64,000 nucleotides of DNA from Kudoa neothunni (lineage: Eukaryota; Animalia; Cnidaria). The notes below the pieces were generated by a model. That model searched no databases. It was not told the DNA's origin and saw nothing but the letters and a program-made list of their open reading frames with translations. This document shows positions 26,777 to 39,648 of this stretch, piece by piece. Location of the stretch: assembly GCA_964304625.1 (NCBI GenBank), contig OZ199839.1, positions 8,464,560 through 8,528,559 on the forward strand, written 5' to 3'. The translations under genes were made by a program, and so were the position numbers. Within the stretch, counting starts at the first letter, position 1; each line of letters starts with the position of its first letter.

Positions 26777-27071
26777 TAAATACAAATGAATCTCATTTTA
26801 TAGTTTAAATTTCTCCATAAATACAATAACAACAATATTTTGTGAGAATTATATAAATTTCAATTGAAAAATTAAATTTAACAGAGCATTAGTTTAATTA
26901 TGATTTCGAGTAATATGCGAAATTTTCCCAACACATTCATCGGATTATATGCTAAGAGGATTCGTCCCCAAGTTCCAATTCTATTTTAGATCGGTTTTTT
27001 TAAAAAGTCTGACAACTGGTAGCTTTTTATTGATATGATTGAATACTCTGTCACATGATGTAGTTTCAAAT

Positions 27072-28129
27072 ATGCTAGTTGTTCCTGTGCCTGCATTACA
27101 AGACAATTATATGTATATGGTGATTGAGAATGGCGTAAATCTTTTGGTGGATCCAGTAGAACCTTGGAAAGTGAACTTTAGCTGATTTATTTAGAGGTGA
27201 CAATTGTGTTTAGTTAAAACAAGTGATTGATGCGAATGGTTATCCCCATCCAACAGCGATTCTTACAACTCATCACCATGGGTGAGCGTGTGTGAGTTTT
27301 TCACCAATAACCAACCATTTAGAGATCATGCGGGAGGAAATGTGGAAGCGGTTAATCTTTTTGGAAAGATGGATGTGTATGGTGGTGATATGTCCACTAT
27401 AAGTGGCTGTACTAAGGCTGTAAAAGATGGAGATGTGTTCATGGTGAGAACTTTGCTGTTTTTTTTCGACTGAATTAGTTTAGTTCGATTCATTTGAAGT
27501 TTTCTGTATTCACACTCCTTGCCATACAAGAGATCATATTTGTTATTATATCGACAACAGTTCATTGGGTGGAATGGTGTTTACAGGTGATCACATGAGA
27601 CCAATGTTAGATAAGGAGTGATTGGAGCTAGGAGATACTTTGTTTGTGAGTGGTTGTGGAAAGTTCTTCGAAGGCAACGCCCAACAAATGGATATTGCTC
27701 TCAACGAAAAACTCGCCTCTCTCCCTCCTTCAACTGTGATTTTTTATTTCTATACTGAGTTTATGTCGATTATGTTTAGAAAGTTTATTGTGGTCACGAG
27801 TACACTGTTCAAAATCTTAAATTTTGCACCTCCATAGAACCCAACAATAAACATATTGACGCAAAATTGAAATGGGCAATTGTACGCCATTTTCGTTCCG
27901 ATATTTATTATATTTGTATTTTTAGGGAGAACGATCTATAGGCCATTTTACAATTCCTTCTACCATTGCGGATGAACTAAATTGCAATGTGTTCATGAGA
28001 GTGAAGTAGCCATTGTTTTTGTGACTTGATTCAGAATTGTTTAGTATATTAAAGGAATCGTTGGGTTGCAGTTCCACTGCAGAAGCAATGGACCTATTGC
28101 GTTCGAAAAAGAACTCGTTTCGTGGTTAG
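27072..28129 (+). CDS. HAGH: Hydroxyacylglutathione hydrolase (glyoxalase II)
   Basis: [72 protein letters not shown] after splicing. Confidence 0.95.
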
Positions 28130-28208
28130 TTCTCTTGATTGTTCGTTTATCATTTGGAGTGTTTTTCTTATCTTGATGATATATGTTTTTTACTTTATAA
28201 AACATATT

Positions 28209-28231
28209 TATATATATATATATATATATAT
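28209..28231. repeat. (AT)n microsatellite
   Basis: Run of TA dinucleotides downstream of HAGH. Similar runs near 41789-41808, 46014-46046 (AT then GT) and 60502-60524. Confidence 0.9.
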
Positions 28232-28670
28232 GTCGTATTATTGTTCGCTCTTCTAAGATGCGATTATTACGCAAAAATATTTTTGTAATGTTATTATAAA
28301 AATATAAAATAAGTGATATTTGTTGTTTATTTTGATTTGTGTGAGGATCATGTGCCGTGTTTAACACGATAAAAATTTCCATTTAATTCTTTACCTTAAA
28401 TTATTATAATTTAAATATTAATTTAATGTTATAAATCAAATATTGAGACATTTTTTCGAAAACAAAGGAAGCACACAACTACTGTGCATTATTTTATGAA
28501 TGTTGGATTTTACTTTAATGGTCAAATTAGTTGGCTACGAATAGAGAAAAACGTGTAAAACTCGCCCAAATGATTTAATATTAATTGAGGAATTTCATTA
28601 TGCATTATTCTCATTTTTTATGGTTTAGTTAAACCTTTTATAAACTTTTTCATATAAAAATTTCATTTAA

Positions 28671-31000
28671 CCTTACAAGTAACGTGGGGTGAAAATGACC
28701 ACAGAAGAAACTACACTTCAGTTTTCTCTAAAACCAGAAAGTCTTCAATAATAAGATTTCAGGTAGGTTTTTATAATTCAAATACCTATTAAAAAATATT
28801 TTTGAAAAAATAATAAATAAACATGGCGAGGATTTAAAAAAATACCCCAGATTTTTATTTGAAATCTCAATATTGTACAATTCAATAATTCCACTAATAA
28901 AAGAAAACTTAAATCGAACAGTGGCTTCATGTCGAAAAATGACAAATACTTAAAATCAGTTTGAGAGTGCAAGCGTGAAAAATTGTTTTAACAAGTAATT
29001 ATGAAACTGACCTCGATACATTGGATTCGGTATATACGAGGGAGTCTAACAGTGAAGACGTTGAAGATGAATCCATGATTAGCGAATATGCGCTGATTCC
29101 CTTGCAGATAAAAATAATAATTTGTGTAGCGCTATGAAACCAAGAGAAACAAAAGATGCAGAGGAAAACAGTAAATTCTAGACAAGATGTGACTGCATAT
29201 GCCATTCAAAGAATTTCTACTATCGATGGACGTTTTCATCATTTTCCCCTTGAAAAAAATGAACAAAATCATTAAATATACCAACCAGTATGGGAATAAT
29301 CATTATGGGAATAAAGGGGAAAATGTTGTTCTCGATGAAATAAATGACATCATTGGATGTATCATATATGGTTATCAATAAAGATCGACAAGAACCATTA
29401 GTTAGTTTGTTTAGATCTACTGAAGGCAGGCAAATATACAAAGGTTTATTTTCTCTGCGAAGATTTAGACAATTAACTAGAGTGATCCATTTTCACGGAG
29501 TAAATACAAGAGAGCAGAGAAAATTACTGGATAAATTCTTCCCCATTGGAGAGATCGAGAGATCTGGGTCAATATTGCGAGCAAAAGTTATAATCCAGGG
29601 TTTGATGTGTGTCTTGATGAACAGTTGGTATCTTTTAGGGGTAACTGCTCCTTCAGGCAATACATCAAGAATAAATCTGCGAAATACGGATTAAAAGTTT
29701 TGTTATCAGTAGATCCGCAGACTTACTATGTATTAAATATGGATGCAAATATTGGTTGGAAATGTTCGATTGATGTCAAAGTTCATGATGCAATTTGGTT
29801 TGCGATAATTCTTTTACATCGATTTCTTTGGCTGATGAATTAATCAACAGAAGAATGACCATAATTGGTGCAATTCGTAAGAACAAACAAGATATACCAT
29901 CATTCCTCCTCCCAAATAGAAGAACCCCGGTGAATGAATCAAAATTTGTTTTCAACAGAAAGAAAGTGTTGGTATCGTTCACTCCAAAGAAAAATAAGAA
30001 TGTCCTCCTATTGTGTACATCCAACCATAACGCAAATATTTCTAGGATGTTCTCTCGTAAGCCGGATGTTATCCTACAGTATAATGCTGCTAAAGGAAGC
30101 GTTGAAATTTTAGGTCGTATGTTGGCATCGGTTTCAATGAGACGATTCACCAGAAGATGGCCGTTAGTTATGTTTTACAACGTGATTGATATCTCACATT
30201 TAAATGAATTTGTAGTTTACAAGAAGATATTTAACTACCAAAATATTAAAAAACGAGACTTTTTGAAAAAAGTCACTTTCGAATTATCTGAACCATTGAA
30301 CAAAATTCCACAGATAATAGAGCATACAGATTCTATAAGTCCTCCACATTCTGTTGGAAAATATTGCAAAAAAAGATGTATCGGGTGTCGTCGAAACAAA
30401 GATAAAAAAACAACCAGCACATGTGATCTTTGTAAGCGTCTATGTTGCAAAGATTATTCTTTATAGTTATTTATAACATGAATTTTAATTAGTTTGTTCA
30501 CATGATCATATGTTATTTTATTACAATTGTTCAATTATTTTCTATATATCAAATAATTTTTAAACTTAACTTATTTGCTCCTAAATAATGACATAAAAAT
30601 AGAAATTATTCAATGAAATTAACGCCTGTGTAATTTACTGTATTACACTTAATTGCCGATTTTACATTATAAAAATAGAAAACATTATTTTTTTTCAATA
30701 AACCAATTATAGTTTTATGTATTTTTTTATATTTTATGAGGATTTTAAGAGAATTATATAAACAGTAATTTTAAATTTCGACAATCGCGCTTTATATAGA
30801 CGATATATACATACGCACGTGCGCGGATAAATGTAAAACGTGAAAATAATAGGGAAAACCTACAGATTTTACAATTTTATTTCAATTTTGGTTAGTAAAT
30901 AACCTAAGGAAGTGACATATGCAAAAATCCTTAGGGGTCTTTTTTCACCCTACATTTAATATTTACTAAGAAGGTGCCTAATTTTGTGTTACTTAGAAGG
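28671..31000 (+). mobile_element. piggyBac transposon, near full length, frameshifted transposase
   Basis: TTAA TSDs (28667, 31001). TIRs CCTTACAAGTAAC / GTTACTTAGAAGG plus subterminal GGGGTGAAAA-type inverted repeats. Motifs LDEQLVSFRG..FRQYIKNKSAKYGLK, CDNSFTS, YNAAKGSVE, RRWPL and a C-terminal Cys-rich domain. Confidence 0.95.
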
Positions 31001-31580
31001 TTAAATACATTTTAGTCTAGATTGCTGAAAATATTTTCTCCCATAATTATAAACTAATAAAATCGCTTTTTAGCTTATTTTATTATGTACCTACATGGAT
31101 AATCACTTGTGAGAATATTTTTAAATAAAATATTTTACATTGGATAATTATTTTTCAAAGTAGCAGAAATGATTGAGAGTAATAATTATGAAACTTTCTC
31201 TCGCATTGGAATTATATTGATAGAAAAAAATAAACGATACATGATCTTCTATTTGAGAGGACCGTTATTAAATTAAAATTATGATCAGATTCTATATAAC
31301 AAAATTTTTCTGGATTTTACTTTTATTTGATGAAAATCTAATGATTAAATTTATTTATTTATTGCAATTTTCAGTAAATCCTTCAAATGGTATTTGAAGA
31401 ATTTTTTTTAAATATTCAAAGGAATAATACTTTTAAATAAATAAAAAAAAAATTAATTAAAAATATATGTATCGATGTGAAATCTACTCCGAAGTATTTC
31501 GGAGTTGGAGAAAACACAATAATTCAACAACTGTAATCCACAAATAAAACACTACATTAAATAATAAAAAATCAAAAAAG

Positions 31581-32872
31581 TCAAATTATAATTCCTGGTT
31601 TCAGTTTGTACATGGTTTTGCCTTTGGAAGTAATCTGAAGAGTGTAGCGTTTAATGAATTTTTCGTGATCGTTCAGCTCTTGCATGTAATCCAAAAGCTG
31701 GTCTTCCTCCCAGCAACTTTGGAATTGAAACATTTCAATAATACGTTTGGGAGATTCATCGGACAAACGTTCAATAGGGAAATAGCTCACAAATGTTCCC
31801 TCTATGTTTTTGGTGATAACAGCCATTCTTTTGAGGGCATCCTTGGAAATGTTAAAATTAGCGGGGCAGCACTTTTCCACAATATCAACCAACTCATCTA
31901 ACAGCATACGATGGGACGATTTGCACAGCAGATATTCAAACAAGGTACTCACAACCTAAATAAAATAATTCTCTATCCACGCAAACTATTAGTAGCTACC
32001 TTAAATTCATCAATAGCCACATAATTTTTGTCGGTGTTAACTTTGGGGTCCGCGTGTAGCTCTACTAGAACATGTTCCACGTATCTTTTGTCATATTTGA
32101 AAAGGAATTCATATAACTCGTCGAGGGGACAATATTTGGATTCATAATTCATTCGAATCATAACCTGAAGTATTTCTATTAGAATATCAGCAGTGAAGTT
32201 GATGTCGAACATGGTCCATGTGTTTGTTGGTTGGTGATAGAAGGCGTTTATCAGTTGCAACGATCGACGCAATTCTTCTCTGCTCATATGTGATTTTTCT
32301 AGTAAATCTTCTTCAGAAAAAAACGGGCCCAAATTTAAATTTTCGCCACTCGAATCAACTGTATTATTGTTATTATCAATTCTGAGTGGTTTTTGTTTCA
32401 GGATAACTCTCAATAATAATGGATTTGGTTGTATTTTTTTTGTCTCTATGACACTCGTAAAGTTTTTTATCACATCGCAACTTATCACACTATCTGAAGA
32501 AGTATCTGAAGTAGTATCTGAAGTAGTAGTGGATGAAGATTTGAGTGATGTAGGATCCAAATTATCCACCAAGTAGATAGTATTTGATGTGATCACTGTA
32601 TTCAGTTGATATGTGATATCATTCGAACAAAGATAGCATGTGTTGTCTTTATCTTTATAGATATATAATTTTTGTTGCTTTTGTTGAATCACTTGGTTCA
32701 ACTCAGGGGTGACAATCATTAATTTTAACTGAGAGTGATTTTTGTTTGGCTGAGGGTGGTTAATCGTTATCGGCCTATTTATTTCATAAACCATTCCATT
32801 TTTAGGTTTTATATGCGCTACTCTAGCAATTTGAATCGCGTTTTCGTGGGATTTATCTAACTCGCTTTCCAT
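31581..32872 (-). CDS. DSCC1: Sister chromatid cohesion protein DCC1 (2 exons)
   Basis: LCSNDITYQLNTVITSNTIYLV and LSDESPKRIIEMFQFQSCWEEDQLLDYMQEL resemble conserved DCC1 blocks. One short GT-AG intron at about 31956-31999 joins the two ORFs in frame. Confidence 0.8.
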
Positions 32873-32917
32873 TATTAAACGCGCTTGCGCGAAAAAGAAA
32901 TGATCTTTCGTTATATT

Positions 32918-35291
32918 TCAAACAAAATATTTTGTGTGATATCGGTCACCAAATTCATCCACTTTAGATATAATATAATCTAACATTTCTCTGGTGTGCC
33001 CGGCCGAAATACAGAATCGGCACCTTGACCCAACAAGAGAAGTGGCGGGAAATCCAACCATTACAGCACCGATGTTGTTTTTATTCATAAATAACGAAAA
33101 TTCACTAAATAAATAAAATATAAAATTTTATCCTCATTGATTATTTTAACAAATTTTGTTGAATATATTTATGCCGAATAAATCAAATATATACGATTAG
33201 CATAATTTTCATCATAAAAATTATACTAAAATCATTATTTCTTTTTTATGGATTTTAATTGATAATATATATTATTTTATCAAATATTCCGTTGTTAAAC
33301 TGAATGTTGGATTGATTTTTTAAAACTTAGATAAAAGTATATTCAAAAATTTGCTCTGAATTTATTTAAATATAATTTATTCATATAAAGCTATATTTTT
33401 ATAGTATTACTTGTATTATTAAAATTTCTTGATTAATTATTGAATTATTCCAATAAATATAAATGATATGAGATAAATTTTAATAAATCGAGTTAATAAC
33501 AATTAAAATAAATCTTTAATTGGAGATAAATAATTCTTTAATGAATTCGGTGTATTATTTAAAATTAATAAGAAATTTAAATGTATTATAATGTATATTA
33601 GGAATCTATCGAAATGACTTACTGTGTCAAACCGTATAATCCAATAACCAAGGGTACAACTGGCGAATGTTCATGGCCTTCGACATAAAATCCCCGTTTT
33701 ATAAGCTGTTCGCGGAAATACCTTGAATAATTGTTTCAGCTTACGTCAACGATATAAGAATACCTGGTGTTTTCTTTCAGCGCTTTTATTTTTAAAGATC
33801 CGTTACTGTTTGGAGAGTGATCCATTAGTTGTTCCAACACCGCTAAACATTGAGCCGCAACGGGTGGTGACATACAATTCCCGTACACAACAGCGTACGA
33901 ATTACTTCTTATATAATCCATCAATCTCTAAAGAGAACAGCCATTTATGTGTGTTGAGGTGTATTTGTACTTTGGTGCCCGCGATGTATCCTCCTGCGGC
34001 TCCAAAACTTTTCGAAAACGTTCCCATCAATATATCCACGTCGTTTGGATCACAATTATAATACTCAACTATTCCCTTTCCTCGGCCACCAATTGCTCCA
34101 ATACTATGGGCTTCATCAACAAATAGATACACCTATTCATATATTTAATAAATTGGTTAATATTTATAAAAAATAGTTTCTTGAATTTCAATAATTTATT
34201 ATATATATATGATTTTAATTGGAATAACAGTAAAAATATTGTTACATTGTATTTCTTTTTAATTTCAATGAGTCTAGGTAAATTCAGGATTGTCCCCTCC
34301 ATACTATAAATTCCTTCGCAGAGAATTATAACCTGTTTCCATGGTCGATAGGTTCTAGGTTGACCTTCGATAATAGTTTTTCTAACCATTTTTTCCAACG
34401 CATCCATATCTAATGAATTTGATCTTAGTTGGTGGGTTGTTACATCAAACAGAAGAGTCACCATTGTGTGGATAAACCATTACTTTGGCTCCACTTGACC
34501 TCGCACCCAATATAAGCGAAACATGGTTAAATTTGTCGCTAAACACAACACATTCTTCGCCAACGAATGCGGGTATATTGCAGCTGTTGGTTGCGTATCC
34601 CATTCCAAAACATACAGATGCTTCAACACCCAAAAATGTAGCCATTCTCTTTTCCAACTCATTCAACACTGTAGTTTGACCTATGTTAATGAGAAACAGG
34701 TTCAGTTTGTTGGTGGTTTTAGAGAAAAATTAAAATTAATACCAAATTCAATAAATGGACTGGTAGTAGCTACTCCAACGTTTTCAATTGCATATTCCAC
34801 ATGGGAGTGACATGATGGATCGATTCCTCCATAACCTAGGTAATTGTAGGAGCCGATATTAATCCATTGATTGGTTTTTCCAGTGAACCTATATTTACCA
34901 AATATATACTGTGTGAAATTGTTGTACATAAACTAATACTCTAAATTGTTTCCAGCAGTTGGCACTCTCTCCAACGTCTCAATTGACACACAAGCAGGGC
35001 CTCGTATAGGCACACCCCAAGCTATTTGTACTCTTTTGAATATATGTCGGTAGTAAAAATTATTGAAATCATTAAACAGTGGAACAAAATCCTACTCTCA
35101 TTCACTATAATGAACTCAATTACATCAACATTTACCGGATTTTTAGGGTCTTTATTGTATGTACTATCTCTCATGATCAGCCGTGAAAATATATCAAAAA
35201 CGTAGCCCATCGCAACCACAAAAGCAATATTGATGTAAACCAATAACTCCACATAGATTGGCAGTTTTCGAACGGGTTTAAGCTGTGGCAT
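32918..35291 (-). CDS. SPTLC2: Serine palmitoyltransferase catalytic subunit (LCB2/SPTLC2-3)
   Basis: [51 protein letters not shown]-lysine motif [31 protein letters not shown]. Start is uncertain because the frame is open to an ATG at 35477. Confidence 0.95.
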
Positions 35292-37370
35292 TTTAAACAA
35301 TTTTTTCTTTTCAGCCGTTAGAAAATCTATTGATGAATTATTCCTAATGAGATCCTCTAGTCGATTGCTTAATAAAAGCTTACGATTAGTAAACAATAAT
35401 TCCTTAGAGATTATTGTGTTCATAAAATAATAAAACAAATTCTGAGTTCCACTTCCCATCACTTTTCCTCCAACCATAATGTAAAGAAACTGGTTATTTT
35501 ATTTTTTTCTTAAACATAAAATTTAGTTGTGCGAAAATAATTTAATTATAATTACTTTAGTTGAAATAATTTTTTTATTTATTTGTACAATACATTTCCA
35601 TAACGTTAGTGAAGAATTATATAAAGTGTGATAAAAAATTCCATCGAATACTCCAGAACATTAGTAAATGGTTAGTTTTTTATATATTACAACTCAATTT
35701 AAAAATTTAATGATACAATTTAGTATATCCATTTATGTACAGGAAAAAGATGTGGGTTGGTTTAATTGCTGCGTGCGCACAAATCTGAATTTTATTTTAT
35801 TATATTTTAAAATGTTTTCTATCATTTTTTATCTTGATTCAAATATTTAGGATTATTTTTATTACAAAGAATATTTTACACTGAAGAATAAATGAAAATT
35901 TTGCGTTCGGTTGAGAAAAAGGGGATAAAATTTACACAAGGGATTACATTCATAGAGCCGATAAGAATATCCGAATGAACTAGAATTTTTCCGTCGAAAC
36001 TTATAAATTCTGAAATATTTTTCTGTTTAAGTAGTAGAACTTTAAAACTATGGTTTTATTGAAAAAAATTAATAAATATATTCAAAGTCAGATTATAGTC
36101 ATAAATTCCATTATTTTTTTATAAGAAAATTCAAATTAATATATTCATATAATTTTATATAATTAAAATCGTTGTTAAAGCAAATTATTTAAAAATTGAA
36201 GACTTCATAAATTAATTTATTTTTCAAGGAAATTGTATTAAAGATAACATGGCGATGCTATTATGCAACAGTCTAGATATTTACATCTTAGTTAAAAATT
36301 TATTAGCTATTATTCAATCATTTTTATAGTCGATTTAAATATTAGATTAACAGCTTGTAGTTACTTTTGGAAAATGTTAGCTAAATCATAGTTTAACTAT
36401 AGTTAAAATATTAATATCTGTGTCGATTCTAAAAATATCAAAAAAGCTAATACTGATTCACTTTAAAAATATTATCCTATATGTATGTAGGCTTTAAACT
36501 AGGTTGCACCCAGATCGGCAATCTCTTATATACTAATGCTCCGAAACTAATGATCGCCGACATTCTTAATATTTTGGGTGACGTGACTTCTCGCAGAACA
36601 TAGCAGTACGAGGACAAACTTAATAAAAAATCTCTTCGTGTTCTTTCCATTCAATGATTTGTAAATTCTTTAAATAGAATTAGATATTTACTCCCAATCT
36701 TTAACATACTCATTCAATCTGATTAACAGTTGATTTCTCCAATCCGAAGTATCTAATAAGAGGACTACCGCATTGAGTGGATTAACACTATCAACTACCC
36801 TGTTAATAAATTTTCAGCGTTCGTTCATTATATTCAGCCATAATTCTCATGTTATATAATTTATAAACTATAGTTAATACAAAAATTTATCCGATTTCTC
36901 ACTACACACATTCCGTAATAAGAAATTATGTAAAATTATATTTCTGATTAGTAAAAAAGCATCAGATATTAAAATAAGCGCTTAACGTTAATAATGACAT
37001 ATATTTTTTAACATTTTTAGGTATGTTATTTTTCACAACTTTTTATTATAATCACTTTATCAAAATTATTTCTGTAACAGGGAAGAATACACCCTAACGA
37101 AGTCGGTCTTTTTCGAAGGCGTCACATTCCCAATTTTATGTAAAACTTATCATATATGATTTAAGCGTATTAAGCGAAAGAAAGTTATAAATGCTGCATA
37201 ATATAAAATATTTGGCGGAAACTTTATTTATGTGTAAAATTCGCATTTCCCATGTACAGCTGAGGACGCAACTGATTTTCCTACAATTGTCACTTTGAAA
37301 CAAATCGATAATGATACAAAAACGTTAATATTCTCATTTCTAAATAATAACAACGTTCAACCCTCTAATG

Positions 37371-37965
37371 CAGAGGTTCTTAACCGGGGGTAAAATTTAA
37401 AGGACAGGGGGTAAATTAAGTAGCATCAAAATTAGATTAGATAGGGGCAAATTTTGCATTATGGGTTTATGATGTATTTCAAGATTTCTATGGAATTATG
37501 TTATTCAGGGCTATTAGACTCAATAAGATTTAGGCAGAAATTCTTAAAATGTATTTCAGAATAATTATTTAAAAACTATTATCAGTCTCTTTCTTGTATG
37601 CTTCGTTTATCTTTTAGTGGTGTAACCTAAGAATAATACTTAAAATGACTATTTCCATGGTAAATAATATCCAAATATTATTAGTTTTGTCCAGTTTTGA
37701 TTATTTTTTACACATAAAAGCAATGTAATGGACAAAAAATAATTTAATTTGGACAAATTTTAAAAATTAAATCTGTGTACAGTTTGGGAGCAAGAGATGA
37801 TGGGATTAAAAATTGTCATTATGCAAGTGTACATGCCATTTAAGACCAGAATTTACACCTCAAATAGTCTCTGCTGTAGCTAAGCCAATATAAAAACTTA
37901 TAATAAATATGAGTTCGACTTCCAAGTTAAGGGGGTAAATTTGAAAAAATGGTTGAGAATCCCTG
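37371..37965. mobile_element. hAT MITE, copy 2 (inverted, diverged relative of 22007-22660)
   Basis: TIRs CAGAGGTTCTTAACC ... GGTTGAGAATCCCTG with flanks CTCTAATG / CTCCAATG. Internal sequence aligns by eye to the reverse complement of copy 1. Confidence 0.85.
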
Positions 37966-39648
37966 CTCCAATGGATTTGGAGTAGAAATTTACCACCCAA
38001 TGGGACCTTGTTTATTGTATAATTCATTACTTATAATTTAAAACTTTCTGAGATTACTTTATTCCTTAAAAGTAATTTTATTTATAAATTGAGATAAAAC
38101 AACATTTTTTGACTGTTGTATTGGCGGAAATATACATTTTCCCCTTTCCGATGGACTTTGAGGTAGAAAACTACTCCACAATTTGTCCTGCTAAAATTAA
38201 AGAAGAAATAATTTTTAGCGTAAATGATGAGTTTCGAGATTTTCGGTTGTGTAGATTTTACGATATAACACTTACAAACTGTGAATAAATCACGTTATTC
38301 TATACAAACACTTTTGTTAATAATGATATTTTTCTGAGGGTGTTCTTGAAATGATGCCAATATTATTCTATGGGTTACTAATGGAGAGAATAATAGAAAT
38401 TAAAACTACTAAATCGCCTTTAATCTTTATTCCAAGAAAATAGGTTAAAAACCCAACGTTGTGATGTTGTGAGGTTGAGGTTGTGGGCGCAATTTGCAAT
38501 GAATTCTGGTGTTAGAACCACCTAATAAATGTTTTTGAGTCTTTTTTGCTTTAAATGCGGTTTATTTGTGGCAAAAAAATAGACTAAAGAATTATACTAA
38601 TTAATATTTTAATTTTAAGAGATATACTTAGAATAACACACAACCGATCGAAATCCGGAATAAAGGCTAATACGACGGTTGTTGACAAAAATGTTATTTG
38701 TAGGACTATCGATATTATTAAAGGATTTATTTGTGCTATAACTTTTTATTATTGTTTTGCATCCAGAAAATTCTTCAATATTTCTTATTACGAAATTTTT
38801 TTGTTAAAAGCGATAAAATAAAAATCTTGCGAATTAAAAAGAATAATGAGACTAATATGTTTTAATTAACTTGATAAATAATAAAATCCGTTTTGAAGTA
38901 AAATTGACGCTATTATTCTCCATATTTTATTTTGAGTCTATTTATCTTGGAACTATTTTTTCTGCGATGATTTCGATGAATAATTATGCTGAAGCAATGT
39001 GTATGTAACTTTTAGGTTTGAAAATCTCATATTTTCATTTTAATTAATAATTTAAAATATTTAAAATAATATATAGAAATAACTAATTTTGGTAACTTTA
39101 AAAATTTTATCTACATTCTGACATAATAGAAAAGATTTTCTTAATTTAGATTTATATATTATTACTATTAAAAGATTGTTTATTATTCAAAATTTAAACT
39201 AAAATACTGTGATACCTTGAGAAGAAATAAAAATTAATTCTGTAGTACGATTTAATTATTTATTAATTTAACAGGTAAATAATAAATTTTTAGTTGCTCA
39301 AAAATAACATAATCTATTAAAATTTTCCACCTAGAACATACATCCATGCAGATTGTATAAGTGAGTTAGGAGTTTATCCTTTTGTAGAAATATTTTCCCA
39401 TCAGAGGGGATTTATCTCTCTGGTGCATTATTATTATAAACGAATATTTTATCATGGATTTTTATATAGAAAAGATTTACCTAATATTAAAAATAAATCA
39501 TTGCAATATATCCGAGAAGCGACTTTACACTAAAATGCTTAATGTAAATAAATTCTTTTTTTCCTCAATAAAGTATCATATCAATGGTAAATTCACATGT
39601 GTATGGGATTATTGTTTCTAGATTTATAATCGGTTGTCTCAGTTAACC

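Noticed and set aside
779-34810. Numerous antisense or alternative-frame ORFs overlapping real exons
   Set aside because: Shadows of coding exons with no independent support.
36500-36850. Slightly GC-richer patch that may be an old transposase fragment (similar patches near 16650-16900 and 38100-38700)
   Set aside because: No diagnostic motif or termini recognisable by eye.
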